Shown in pieces: positions 22,234-31,085 of a stretch of DNA of 64,000 nucleotides. The DNA is from an uncultured bacterium. GTDB lineage: Bacteria > Chloroflexota > UBA5177 > JANWHV01. Position 1 is the stretch's first letter. Each line of letters begins with the position of its first letter. Below the pieces are notes generated by a model that did no database searches, was not told the DNA's origin, and saw only the letters and a program-made list of their open reading frames with translations. The stretch spans positions 896,001-960,000 of the forward strand of contig CAWHAE010000016.1 in assembly GCA_963827235.1 (NCBI GenBank), read 5' to 3'. A program made the translations under genes and the position numbers.

Positions 22234-23055
22234 ATGAAACGAATCCTGATCACGCTATCGGAGTTCGGGTACTGGGGTGAGGAGCTGGTGGGTCCCCTGG
22301 AGGTGCTGGACAAGGCTGGGTATGAGACGGTCTTCATGACGCCGAGAGGCCGGCGAGCTCACGCGCTCCCACCCAGCATGACGCCCGGCTACCTTGATCC
22401 GCCGCTGGATAAAGTTGTAACGGACGAGCACTTCGCTGGGGCAACACGGGACATCGACGCATCGTCTCGGCTGGACAACCCTGTCAACCTCTCGTCGTGG
22501 TTTCCTGAGCGCCCGTACTTCAACGCGCCGGGCTTCGGGCATGGTCTGGAGGCGTACTACGCCGAACGCGACAGGCGCTGGCAGGAGCTCGAACAATATG
22601 ACGCGCTATTGTTGGTCGGCGGTAGCGGGCCGATTGTCGACATGGTGAACAATCAGCGGCTTCACGACGTGATCCTGGGCTTTCTCGCCGCGGGCAAATT
22701 GATCGCTGCCGAGTGCTACGGCGTTGCCTGCCTTGCATTCGCCCGAGACTGGACGGATCGCCAGAGCATTATCTGGGGCAAGCACGTAACGGGCCATGCC
22801 CTGGAGTACGACTACAAGGACGGCACCGGATTCCTCAATGCGGATATCAACATGGGGCCACCCCCGTATCCGCTCGAGCTCATTCTGCGTGATGCCACCG
22901 GGCCCGACGGCCGGTACCACGGCGGAGTCGGACACACCCTATCGACCATTCTCGATTATCCCTTCCTGACCGGCCGGTCTACTCAGGATTCGCATCTGGT
23001 GGGCGAACTGACAGTACAGGTACTGGAGAAGGGACTCCGCCGGTATGGCTGGTAA
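22234..23055 (+). CDS. DJ-1/PfpI (class I glutamine amidotransferase-like) protein
   Basis: GYWGEEL, YDALLLVGGSG, AAECYG nucleophile elbow, LTGRS. Confidence 0.85.
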   Translation: MKRILITLSEFGYWGEELVGPLEVLDKAGYETVFMTPRGRRAHALPPSMTPGYLDPPLDKVVTDEHFAGATRDIDASSRLDNPVNLSSWFPERPYFNAPGFGHGLEAYYAERDRRWQELEQYDALLLVGGSGPIVDMVNNQRLHDVILGFLAAGKLIAAECYGVACLAFARDWTDRQSIIWGKHVTGHALEYDYKDGTGFLNADINMGPPPYPLELILRDATGPDGRYHGGVGHTLSTILDYPFLTGRSTQDSHLVGELTVQVLEKGLRRYGW

Positions 23056-23110
23056 GGCCGAGCTCCGGACGATGATCCTGCTGCGCTTGTAGAGAGGCAA
23101 AGAGAACCCG

Positions 23111-24814
23111 ATGCAGGAAAACGGTCATCACGCCATCCTGAGGCAATTCCTTGCCGATGGGTTGAACATCATGTTTGGCAACCCCGGTACCGTCGAGCAG
23201 GGATTCCTCGATGCGCTCAGCGATGTTCCCGAGTTACGCTACATCCTGACGTTGCAGGAGAGTGTGGCCGTGCTCATGGCCGACGGCTACGCACGCGCCA
23301 CGCACCGGCCGGCGCTGGTTCAGATTCACAGTTCGCCCGGTCTGGGCAACGCCATTGGCGCGCTGTATCAGGCGTATCGTGGGCACTCCCCATTGGTGGT
23401 CATCGGCGGTGACGCGGGCATCAAGTATCAGCCGATGGACTCGCAGATGGCGGCGGATCTCGTCGGCATGGCCAAGCCGGTTACCAAGTGGGCGACGACG
23501 GTGCAGGACCCGCAGTCGCTTCTCCGGGTAGTGCGGCGGGCAATCAAGATCGCCGCGACGCCACCTATGGGCCCGGTCTACGTGTGCCTGCCACAGGACG
23601 TGCTGGACGCACCTGCAACCGAGGACGTCTTCAAGACAAGCATCCCGGAGATGCGCGTCTCTCCAGCGCCCAGCCTTCTCCACGCGCCCGCGGCGGCATT
23701 GGCGGGGGCGTCGTGCCCAATGTTCTATGTCGGCGACGGGATTGCATTTGCCGACGCCCAGGACGAGCTCACCCGGCTCGCCGAGCTTGTCGGTGCTCAG
23801 GTCTATGAAGCCGACGCAGGCGAAGTCAACATGAGCCGCAGCCATCCTCTGTTTCAGGGATCGACAGGCCACATGTTCGGCTATCAGAGTCTGCCGACGA
23901 CACGGAAGGGTGACGTCAATCTCATCTGCGGCACCTACGTGCTCCCGGAGGTGTTTCCGGAGCTCGGAGACATTTTCGCCGCCGGGTCCGTGGCCATTCA
24001 CATCGACCTGAACGCCTACGAGATAGCAAAGAATCAGCGGGTGGATTTTGGCTTCGTCAGTGATCCAAAGCCTACCCTTGCCGCCCTCGCCGAGGCGGTC
24101 GACACCGCGATGACTCCGCAGCAGAGAGCGGACGCACGGGAGCGAGCAGAGCGGATCGGTGCAGAGAGCGCGGAGGGCGCGACGAAACGGCTCGAGGAGG
24201 ACAAGTCCCGGCGAGATACCGTGCCGCTCCACATGGCCCGCTTTGCCGAGGAGCTCAAGAAGGCGATTCCGGGGGACGTGGTCATCTTCGACGAGGCATT
24301 GACCAATAGCCCGCCGATTGGTCGCTACTTCCAGGCAAAGCGAACCGGCGACTACTTCCTCACTCGCGGAGGCTCCCTGGGCGTCGGGTTTCCAGGTGCC
24401 ATTGGAGTGAAGCTGGCTCATCCCGAGAAACTGGTGATTGGATTCAGCGGTGACGGCGGCGCGATGTATACGATCCAGGCGCTATGGTCGGCGGCCCGCC
24501 ATAATGTCGGCGTGAAACTCGTCGTGTGCAACAATCGCTCATACCGGCTGCTGCAGTCGAACGTGCTGGCCTACTGGACGGAGAGGAGCATTGAACCGCA
24601 TGCCTATCCGCTCAGTTTCGATCTCTCTCAGCCAGTGCTTCGATTCGACGAGCTTGCGCGATCCATGGGGGCCGGAGGCGAGCGGGTCGAGCGACTGGAG
24701 GACATTGCTCCGGCAATCGCCCGGATGGTGGCACACTCGGGCCCGTATCTCATCGACCTGATTCTCGAAGGGGACACGCATCCGGAGTTGATAGGCGTGA
24801 AGTGCGGCCAGTGA
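23111..24814 (+). CDS. Thiamine-diphosphate-dependent enzyme (benzoylformate decarboxylase / acetolactate synthase-like)
   Basis: FGNPGTVE, LQESVAVLMADGYARA, GDGGAMY...VCNN ThDP motif. Confidence 0.92.
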   Translation: MQENGHHAILRQFLADGLNIMFGNPGTVEQGFLDALSDVPELRYILTLQESVAVLMADGYARATHRPALVQIHSSPGLGNAIGALYQAYRGHSPLVVIGGDAGIKYQPMDSQMAADLVGMAKPVTKWATTVQDPQSLLRVVRRAIKIAATPPMGPVYVCLPQDVLDAPATEDVFKTSIPEMRVSPAPSLLHAPAAALAGASCPMFYVGDGIAFADAQDELTRLAELVGAQVYEADAGEVNMSRSHPLFQGSTGHMFGYQSLPTTRKGDVNLICGTYVLPEVFPELGDIFAAGSVAIHIDLNAYEIAKNQRVDFGFVSDPKPTLAALAEAVDTAMTPQQRADARERAERIGAESAEGATKRLEEDKSRRDTVPLHMARFAEELKKAIPGDVVIFDEALTNSPPIGRYFQAKRTGDYFLTRGGSLGVGFPGAIGVKLAHPEKLVIGFSGDGGAMYTIQALWSAARHNVGVKLVVCNNRSYRLLQSNVLAYWTERSIEPHAYPLSFDLSQPVLRFDELARSMGAGGERVERLEDIAPAIARMVAHSGPYLIDLILEGDTHPELIGVKCGQ

Positions 24815-24838
24815 GCATTGCATGCAGAAAGGTCCAGC

Positions 24839-25408
24839 ATGAAACTCGCGGGTGCGAAGATCGGCGTGCTCATAGAGAGCGATTTCTATGAGAATGAGAT
24901 TCTCTATTACCAGCATCGGTTTCCAGAGGAGGGGATGGATCTCCATTTCCTCACCCGCCTGTGGGGGCAGCCATCCCTGACGTTCCATGGCCACGAGTAT
25001 AAGGTGCCATTTGAATGCCATGAGAGTTTCGAAGATATCGACGACGAGATGCTTCGCACCTACTCGGCAATCATCGTGCCCTCGGCGATTGTCGCCGACC
25101 GTCTTCGCTATACCGAGGACGTGACCAAGCTGCCACCGGCCACTGAGTTTCTCAAGCGGGCCTTCGCGCAAAAGAACATCATCAAAGGCATCATCTGCCA
25201 CGGGATGTGGCTGGTGTCGCCTGCGCCCGAGCTCGTGCGCGGCCGACCGGTCGTCGTCCACAACAACCTGATCGGCGATGCCCGGAATATGGGCGCTATC
25301 TACACCGACAAAGACGTCGTGGTAGACGGCGACCTGGTTACGGCCCGGACGGGCGGACACTGCCATCTCCTCGCCCGGACCATCATCGACATGCTCGCCG
25401 CCCGATAG
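24839..25408 (+). CDS. DJ-1/PfpI family protein
   Basis: ESDFYENE, ICHG, DVVVDGDLVTAR. Confidence 0.88.
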   Translation: MKLAGAKIGVLIESDFYENEILYYQHRFPEEGMDLHFLTRLWGQPSLTFHGHEYKVPFECHESFEDIDDEMLRTYSAIIVPSAIVADRLRYTEDVTKLPPATEFLKRAFAQKNIIKGIICHGMWLVSPAPELVRGRPVVVHNNLIGDARNMGAIYTDKDVVVDGDLVTARTGGHCHLLARTIIDMLAAR

Positions 25409-25551
25409 CTGCCAACTGGATACGGATCATGGCGGAAACAGCATGGATGACAAACTCCGATCTGTTTGGGTCGACGTGCACCCACGTACGCGGCAACCGT
25501 GCGCAGGTCATGCAGCGGCGGCCTCTGCAGGCCGCGACGAGGAGGTAGGTT

Positions 25552-25968
25552 ATGGCGTTTCTGCGATTTTCCCACGTCGCTCTGTCGTGCCGGGATCCCC
25601 TGGCGGTCGAGCGATTCTACACGAAGCACTTCGGCTTCGCGCGAGCTCGAGTAATCGGCGACGACGTCGTGTTCATCAAGTCGCAAAATGCCTATCTCGA
25701 GCTTTTCAAGGCTGAAGGGGAACCGCCGGGCCCGGCGGCTGGGGGTGACGGGCCGCACTACCGAGGCTGGCGCCACATCGCATTTCAGGTCGACGACGTC
25801 GGTGCCAAGCTGGCGGCGATGGGCGACGACGCCCGCGTCACGCTGGGTCCGCTCGACTTCGGAGAAGTAATTCCGGGCTGGCGAACGGCTTGGGTTGCAG
25901 ACCCCGAGGGAAACATCGTGGAGATCAGCCAGGGGTACGTAGATCAGGAGAATCCGCCCACCCCTTAA
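25552..25968 (+). CDS. VOC/glyoxalase family protein
   Basis: HVAL...FYTKHFGF...LELF...HIAFQVDDV...DPEGNIVEI (H/E/H/E metal ligands); GGAGG RBS. Confidence 0.9.
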   Translation: MAFLRFSHVALSCRDPLAVERFYTKHFGFARARVIGDDVVFIKSQNAYLELFKAEGEPPGPAAGGDGPHYRGWRHIAFQVDDVGAKLAAMGDDARVTLGPLDFGEVIPGWRTAWVADPEGNIVEISQGYVDQENPPTP

Positions 25969-26008
25969 GCAGTGGCTCCACAGGAGAGAAAAGAAGGAGA
26001 AGAGCAAG

Positions 26009-26455
26009 ATGGCCGAACCAATCACACTCGATCAGATCAAGCGATTCGTAGCGGCGTGGTACCTGGCCCTCGACCAGCACGATCCTTTTGAGGGCATTTA
26101 CACCTTGCTGGCCGACGGCAACGTCAACGTCAAGTTCCCGGATGGCGACATTCACGACAAAGCCAGCTTCAAGAAGTGGTACGACCGAGTCACGAACCTG
26201 TTCTTCGACGAAAGCCACGTCGTCCAGAGCGTGGAAGCGGAGATCAAAGGCGATCAGGCCGACTGCCGGATCGTTGTGGGCTGGCAGGCAAGCTGGTGGG
26301 AGCCACCGGCGGCAAAGAGCAAACGCGTCTCCATGGACGCGACGCAGACCTGGACCGTGCGCCGGTCCACCAAGAACCCACACGGGCTGGAAGTTATCAC
26401 CTACAACGCGACCGCCGAGCCGTTCAAGTACGCGCCGGGGTTTGCACGCCTGTAG
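26009..26455 (+). CDS. NTF2/SnoaL-fold protein
   Basis: Helix-sheet pattern FVAAWYLALD...FKKWY...ESHVV...QTW; AAGGAG RBS. Confidence 0.7.
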   Translation: MAEPITLDQIKRFVAAWYLALDQHDPFEGIYTLLADGNVNVKFPDGDIHDKASFKKWYDRVTNLFFDESHVVQSVEAEIKGDQADCRIVVGWQASWWEPPAAKSKRVSMDATQTWTVRRSTKNPHGLEVITYNATAEPFKYAPGFARL

Positions 26456-26485
26456 GTAGACTCATGTGTGGGCCGTCCTGATTTG

Positions 26486-26508
26486 GGGGAAGTGTACACC
26501 GCTTCCCC
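26486..26508 (+). terminator. GC-rich hairpin after the NTF2 gene (possible terminator or processing site)
   Basis: ggggaagtg-tacac-cgcttcccc, a 9-bp stem with one G-U pair and no U-tract. Confidence 0.3.
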
Positions 26509-26562
26509 TACAGGGAACATCACGATCGGGCTGCGGACTGCATACATGCCGCGAAAGCTGGA

Positions 26563-27288
26563 ATGACTGACGACATCGAGCACGCCCGCGACGTCGCACC
26601 GGCGTCCCATTCAACGCGCGGTCCGCGGCAAAGGGTCGTCGGCCTCGATTCCAATCGCGTGGAAGCGTTCAGCGACGGCGTTTTCGCCATTGCGCTCACC
26701 CTCTTGATTTTCAATATCAAGATTCCTCAAGTGCACACCGAGGCCGCTCTGCTGCGTGCACTCTCTGATCAGTGGCTTGCCTACATGAGCTATGCGCTCA
26801 GTGTGGTGGTGGTCGGCGTCTTCTGGGTAGCGCATCACGCGCTTTTTCACTATATCCGCCGTGTCGACCGTCCGCTGCTGTGGCTGAACATCCTGTTTGT
26901 CGGCACCGTGGCATTCATTCCATTCCCATCTGCGTTGCTGGGCCAGTACGGGCAGTATCGATCGGTAGTGGCTTTCTACGGGGCCACGCTCGCGATAGCC
27001 GGGATCGTGCTTGACGGCATGCGCGCTTACGCCTACAACGGGCGGCGGCTCGTGGACCCAACGCTCGGCGAGGATGTTTCGCGCGGCTACAGGAGGCGCG
27101 TGCGCATTGGGCCCACGGTCTACCTGGCGGGCATAGTTATCGCGTTTCTCCCCATCGGCCCCATCGCCAGCCGGATCAGCCTTGTACTCTACGTGCTGGT
27201 GCCGCTCCTCTATACGTTGCCGGGCCGCCCGGATCGTCACTGGACAAAGAGCCGGCACGAGCATGATCCTGGGGACCAGGCACAATAA
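26563..27288 (+). CDS. TMEM175-family (DUF1211) potassium channel
   Basis: RVEAFSDGVFAIALTLL (RxxxFSD signature), YALS...FWVAHH, LNILF...FIPF. Confidence 0.9.
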   Translation: MTDDIEHARDVAPASHSTRGPRQRVVGLDSNRVEAFSDGVFAIALTLLIFNIKIPQVHTEAALLRALSDQWLAYMSYALSVVVVGVFWVAHHALFHYIRRVDRPLLWLNILFVGTVAFIPFPSALLGQYGQYRSVVAFYGATLAIAGIVLDGMRAYAYNGRRLVDPTLGEDVSRGYRRRVRIGPTVYLAGIVIAFLPIGPIASRISLVLYVLVPLLYTLPGRPDRHWTKSRHEHDPGDQAQ

Positions 27289-27352
27289 CGAGTGAAGCCT
27301 ATCCCTGGGCGGTGGCTCGCGCCAAGGACTGTTTATTCCGCTTGAGAAAGCC

Positions 27353-30300
27353 ATGGGGACGACAATGCGCCTGCTTCGCCTTGGCCTGGTTGCTGTTCTG
27401 TCTGTGGTAATGAGCCTTCCCGTGACGGGACGACCGTCGTCTGTCTGGGCCTCGACGGCCAGGTCTGGCGCCACTGCAAAGGGCTCGGCTGAGCCGGCTC
27501 TTCGAATTGGCGTGCGGCCCGCCCAGATAAACATCGGCCGCGACGTGGCGCTCACGGTGCAAGTCACAGGCTCCTCAAACAGGGCCGTACCCGGCACGGT
27601 GATCTCTATCACCGGAGTCGGGCTGCCGATCGTTGGCACCGCACCACACGGCGTCATGACAGTTACCGTCCACGCCGTGACGCTCGGCAGCATGCTGGTG
27701 CAGGCCACAAGCCCCGGCTACGCTTCGTCGAAGCTGGTTGTGCCCGTGGTTGCCGGCCCGCCCGCGACAGTCGCCGCAGTCAGGGTCGGCATGAGCGTCT
27801 TGATACCGAATGCCCAGCCGGCTCCGGGAGCCGTCGGCACGAATCTCCTGGACCGGGACCAGGCAATCACCGGGAGCGGGCAGTTCGCGTCCCTTGCACT
27901 ACGCGACGGCTCGCTGGTCGACCTCAACAGCAACACCGACGTGACCGTCAAGGATCCACTTCATGTCAAACTATCGAGCGGTGAGCTGTTCCTCGAGGTC
28001 ATACATGGTGAAGTGAGCCATCAGATCCAGGCGGGCTCGGCTGTCGCGGCCACCAAGGGCACGCGCCTGGACGTGCGGCTGGATTCCAAGACGCACACAG
28101 CAGTGATTACGGTAATCGAAGGTGAAGTGCTGGTCACGAATAATGGGAAATCCGTGACCGTGGGCACCGGCGAACAGAGCGTAGTATCGGCAAGCACGGC
28201 GCCTCGGCAGCCTCAGGCCGTGAGCCTGGGCGGTGTGGTGTCCTGGGTGCAAAATGTGCCGAACACCGCTCCCACCACTGTTCCGCCTGTGCTGAATCTT
28301 CCCCATCCACCGCCGGTGCACCCCGTCCTGAAGCTGCCGCGAATTCTGCCTGTGCAGATCCCGCTGCCTCCACCCGCCCAGACCGTCACCATGACCGCGA
28401 CAAATCCCGCGCAGGCACTCTGGTCGGGAGTGGTGTACGTGCCCGCAAGCGTGACTGTCCCTTCCACGGCCACACTCACCATTGCACCCGGCACCGTGGT
28501 GCGCATGGAACGGGGCTCCTCCCTTGCAGTCGATGGAACGCTCCTTGCGGCCGGCAACGCGACGTCGCCAATCACCTTCACCAGTGCCGCTGCTCAGCCG
28601 CAGCCCGGCGACTGGGGCGGGATAAGTGTTGACGGCACGGCCGCCAGCCAGAGCGTGCTGACATACGTCCATGCCTTCTACGGCAGCCGCAGCGGGAGCG
28701 GCGAGGGCATGCTTACCGTCACGGGTGGCGCGAACGCGTCCATCAGTGACGCCGTGCTGGCGCAAGCGCCGGACGACGGGATCTGGGTCGACGATTCGAG
28801 TCGGCCTACCCTCAGCAACTGCAGCTTCGGATCCGACGCCGCATTCGCCATTTCTGTTTCGGCTGAAGGAGCTGGGCTCGTAACCGGCAGCAGGCTTGCC
28901 GGCGGTCAGAATGGGATCGAGATTCGCGACACAGTTGTGGACCACACTACCACATGGAAGCAGCAAGATGCCGCGTATACTCTGGATGGCGCCACGGTGA
29001 GCGCGGGTGCCAGGCTGACGATCGCACCTGGGACGGTGGTCCGCATGGCGCGTGGGGCGACACTTCATGTCGAGGGCACCCTGCTTGCCAAGAGCAGCTC
29101 CGACGCACCGATCGCCATCACCGGTCAAGCCGCGAATCCGACAGCCGGGTATTGGAACGGGATCGTGCTGGATGGCGCCGGCGCCAGCGACAGTGTGCTC
29201 GATAATGTCGAAGTCTACGCGGGCGGCTCGAGCGGCGGCAACGCGAGCATGCTGTCCGTGATAAACGGGTCGACGCCGACGATAGCAGGCAGCGTCTTTG
29301 CCCAGTCGCTCGGGGACGGGATCCTGGTAGATGACACGAGCCGCCCTACGATAAGCAACTGCGTGTTTTCGGCTGACATCGACTTTGCGATGTCTGTGCC
29401 TGCCGGCGATGCAGCCCTCGTTACAGGCACCAAGCTGGACGCCGGGCAGGACGGCATCGAGGTGCGCAACACATCCATCACACTCGACGGCACGTGGCAC
29501 AAACAGGACGCGCCCTTCGTGCTCGACGGCAGTACGCTGAGCGCCGGTGTCACACTGGTCATAGCCAAGGGGACGGTCATCCGCATGGGCGCTGGAGCAA
29601 CCTTCAGGGTGCTGGGCACGCTCGTAGCCCAGGGCACAACGGAGGCACCCATCATCATGACCAGCAACGCCGATGATCCGTCGCCGGGCGACTGGAATGC
29701 GATGGATTTCGCCGGCACAGGGACCAATCATTCCGTCCTGAACCACGTGTGGCTCTCCTATGGCGGCCGCGGCGCTGGTAGCGGGATGCTTTCCGCGCTG
29801 GACGGAGCATCGCCCTCGATCAGTAACAGCGTCCTCGCGCAAGCCCGATTCATCGGCATTTGGGCTGATGACCACAGCCGGCCCAAGATCAGCAATTGCG
29901 CGTTTGCAGCGGGCGGCGCCGCGGCCATCTCAGTTCCCGCAGACGACATGAGGTGGGTAACGAGCACATCAGTGGGACCCAATCAGGAAGGCATCGAAAT
30001 CAGGGACACGCCCATGCGGCACGACGCTACCTGGCACTTCCAGCACGCTCCCCTCATCTTGGACGGCGGCACGGTCGGTGCGAACGTGACGCTTTCGGTC
30101 GACCCCGGAGTCACGCTGCGGATGGCAAAGGGATCGACCTTCCGCGTAGATGGTGTATTGCGGGCTATTGGGAGCGCCAATGCCCCGATCGTAGTGACCA
30201 GCAACAGCGCGCAGCCCGCCGCGGGCAACTGGAATAGCATCGTCCTGGACGGCGCCACTGCCGGGAAGTCCATTCTCAGTCATGTCCAGTTCTCGTTTGG

Positions 30301-30553
30301 TGGCGTGAGCGGAGCCGGGGGAGGCGTGCTGTCGATACTGGGCGGAGCCGACCCGTCCGTTACAAACAGTATGTTTGCACAGTCGCGAGGCGACGGCATT
30401 TGGGCCGACGACAGGAGCAGACCGACAGTAGTGTCCTGTTCCTTCGCCAACCTGGGCGGTTCGTCGATCTCGATACCCGAGGCCGACGCCGCGAATGTGC
30501 ATGACAACGTTGTTGCTGCCGGCCAGCTGGGCGTCGACATTCGAGCTGGTTGA
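27353..30553 (+). CDS. Secreted protein: Ig-like + FecR domain + Pro-rich linker + four ~180-aa beta-helix repeats
   Basis: Signal peptide; DGSLVDLNSNT and TKGTRLDV...VIEGEV FecR motifs; the unit LTIAPGTVVRM...GTL.A.G....PI..TS....G.W.GI occurs four times at ~540-bp spacing. Confidence 0.85.
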   Translation: MGTTMRLLRLGLVAVLSVVMSLPVTGRPSSVWASTARSGATAKGSAEPALRIGVRPAQINIGRDVALTVQVTGSSNRAVPGTVISITGVGLPIVGTAPHGVMTVTVHAVTLGSMLVQATSPGYASSKLVVPVVAGPPATVAAVRVGMSVLIPNAQPAPGAVGTNLLDRDQAITGSGQFASLALRDGSLVDLNSNTDVTVKDPLHVKLSSGELFLEVIHGEVSHQIQAGSAVAATKGTRLDVRLDSKTHTAVITVIEGEVLVTNNGKSVTVGTGEQSVVSASTAPRQPQAVSLGGVVSWVQNVPNTAPTTVPPVLNLPHPPPVHPVLKLPRILPVQIPLPPPAQTVTMTATNPAQALWSGVVYVPASVTVPSTATLTIAPGTVVRMERGSSLAVDGTLLAAGNATSPITFTSAAAQPQPGDWGGISVDGTAASQSVLTYVHAFYGSRSGSGEGMLTVTGGANASISDAVLAQAPDDGIWVDDSSRPTLSNCSFGSDAAFAISVSAEGAGLVTGSRLAGGQNGIEIRDTVVDHTTTWKQQDAAYTLDGATVSAGARLTIAPGTVVRMARGATLHVEGTLLAKSSSDAPIAITGQAANPTAGYWNGIVLDGAGASDSVLDNVEVYAGGSSGGNASMLSVINGSTPTIAGSVFAQSLGDGILVDDTSRPTISNCVFSADIDFAMSVPAGDAALVTGTKLDAGQDGIEVRNTSITLDGTWHKQDAPFVLDGSTLSAGVTLVIAKGTVIRMGAGATFRVLGTLVAQGTTEAPIIMTSNADDPSPGDWNAMDFAGTGTNHSVLNHVWLSYGGRGAGSGMLSALDGASPSISNSVLAQARFIGIWADDHSRPKISNCAFAAGGAAAISVPADDMRWVTSTSVGPNQEGIEIRDTPMRHDATWHFQHAPLILDGGTVGANVTLSVDPGVTLRMAKGSTFRVDGVLRAIGSANAPIVVTSNSAQPAAGNWNSIVLDGATAGKSILSHVQFSFGGVSGAGGGVLSILGGADPSVTNSMFAQSRGDGIWADDRSRPTVVSCSFANLGGSSISIPEADAANVHDNVVAAGQLGVDIRAG

Positions 30554-30750
30554 TAGCGCACGGCAATCACTCCCGCGGGCGTCCGCGGCCGCCGGCACAT
30601 CGAAGCTCCCGCGGGATCTGCCAATCGGTCCGTTCTCGTGCGCGTCGAAAAGCGTTTACGAGTTGCTCACACGCAGGCAACACTCTCGAGCTACTGTTGG
30701 TCGCAGGACACCTAGTAGTTGGGTGCAAACTCTGCGGGAGTGACGACGCG

Positions 30751-30942
30751 ATGGAAGCCAACGATCTTTCAGCAATGGCAGGCACCACGGTCCAGACAAC
30801 GACATTCACTATTGCACAGTTGCAGGAGCTGGAGCGACTACGTGAGCGGTATCGCCAAGGGTGTGACTTCCTGAGCGCAGGAGAGCTTGTCAACCTGCGC
30901 TTTACACGCTGGCTTTACCAGACAGGCCGGGTTGAGCCATAG
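30751..30942 (+). CDS. Small hypothetical protein
   Basis: FT.AQLQEL.RLRERY...ELVNLRFTRWLYQTGR, a short-protein pattern I associate with Chloroflexota; GGGAG upstream. Confidence 0.55.
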   Translation: MEANDLSAMAGTTVQTTTFTIAQLQELERLRERYRQGCDFLSAGELVNLRFTRWLYQTGRVEP

Positions 30943-31085
30943 GCAGCCGGGCGGTGAGTGAGCCGTTCGACTCGGCATATGGGACTCCGGGAGACAGTCC
31001 CGGCTCCCGCTCTGGCAAGTAACTAGTCGCTGGCAGCCGGGGGCAGCGTGCCGCACTTCGTCGATCGAGAGATGGGCCGGCGTGT

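Noticed and set aside
27971-29875. Long antisense ORFs (this 634-aa one, also 13186-14232, 23234-24421, 59244-60293, 54404-55654)
   Set aside because: Shadow frames of GC-rich genes on the opposite strand, with no protein motifs.
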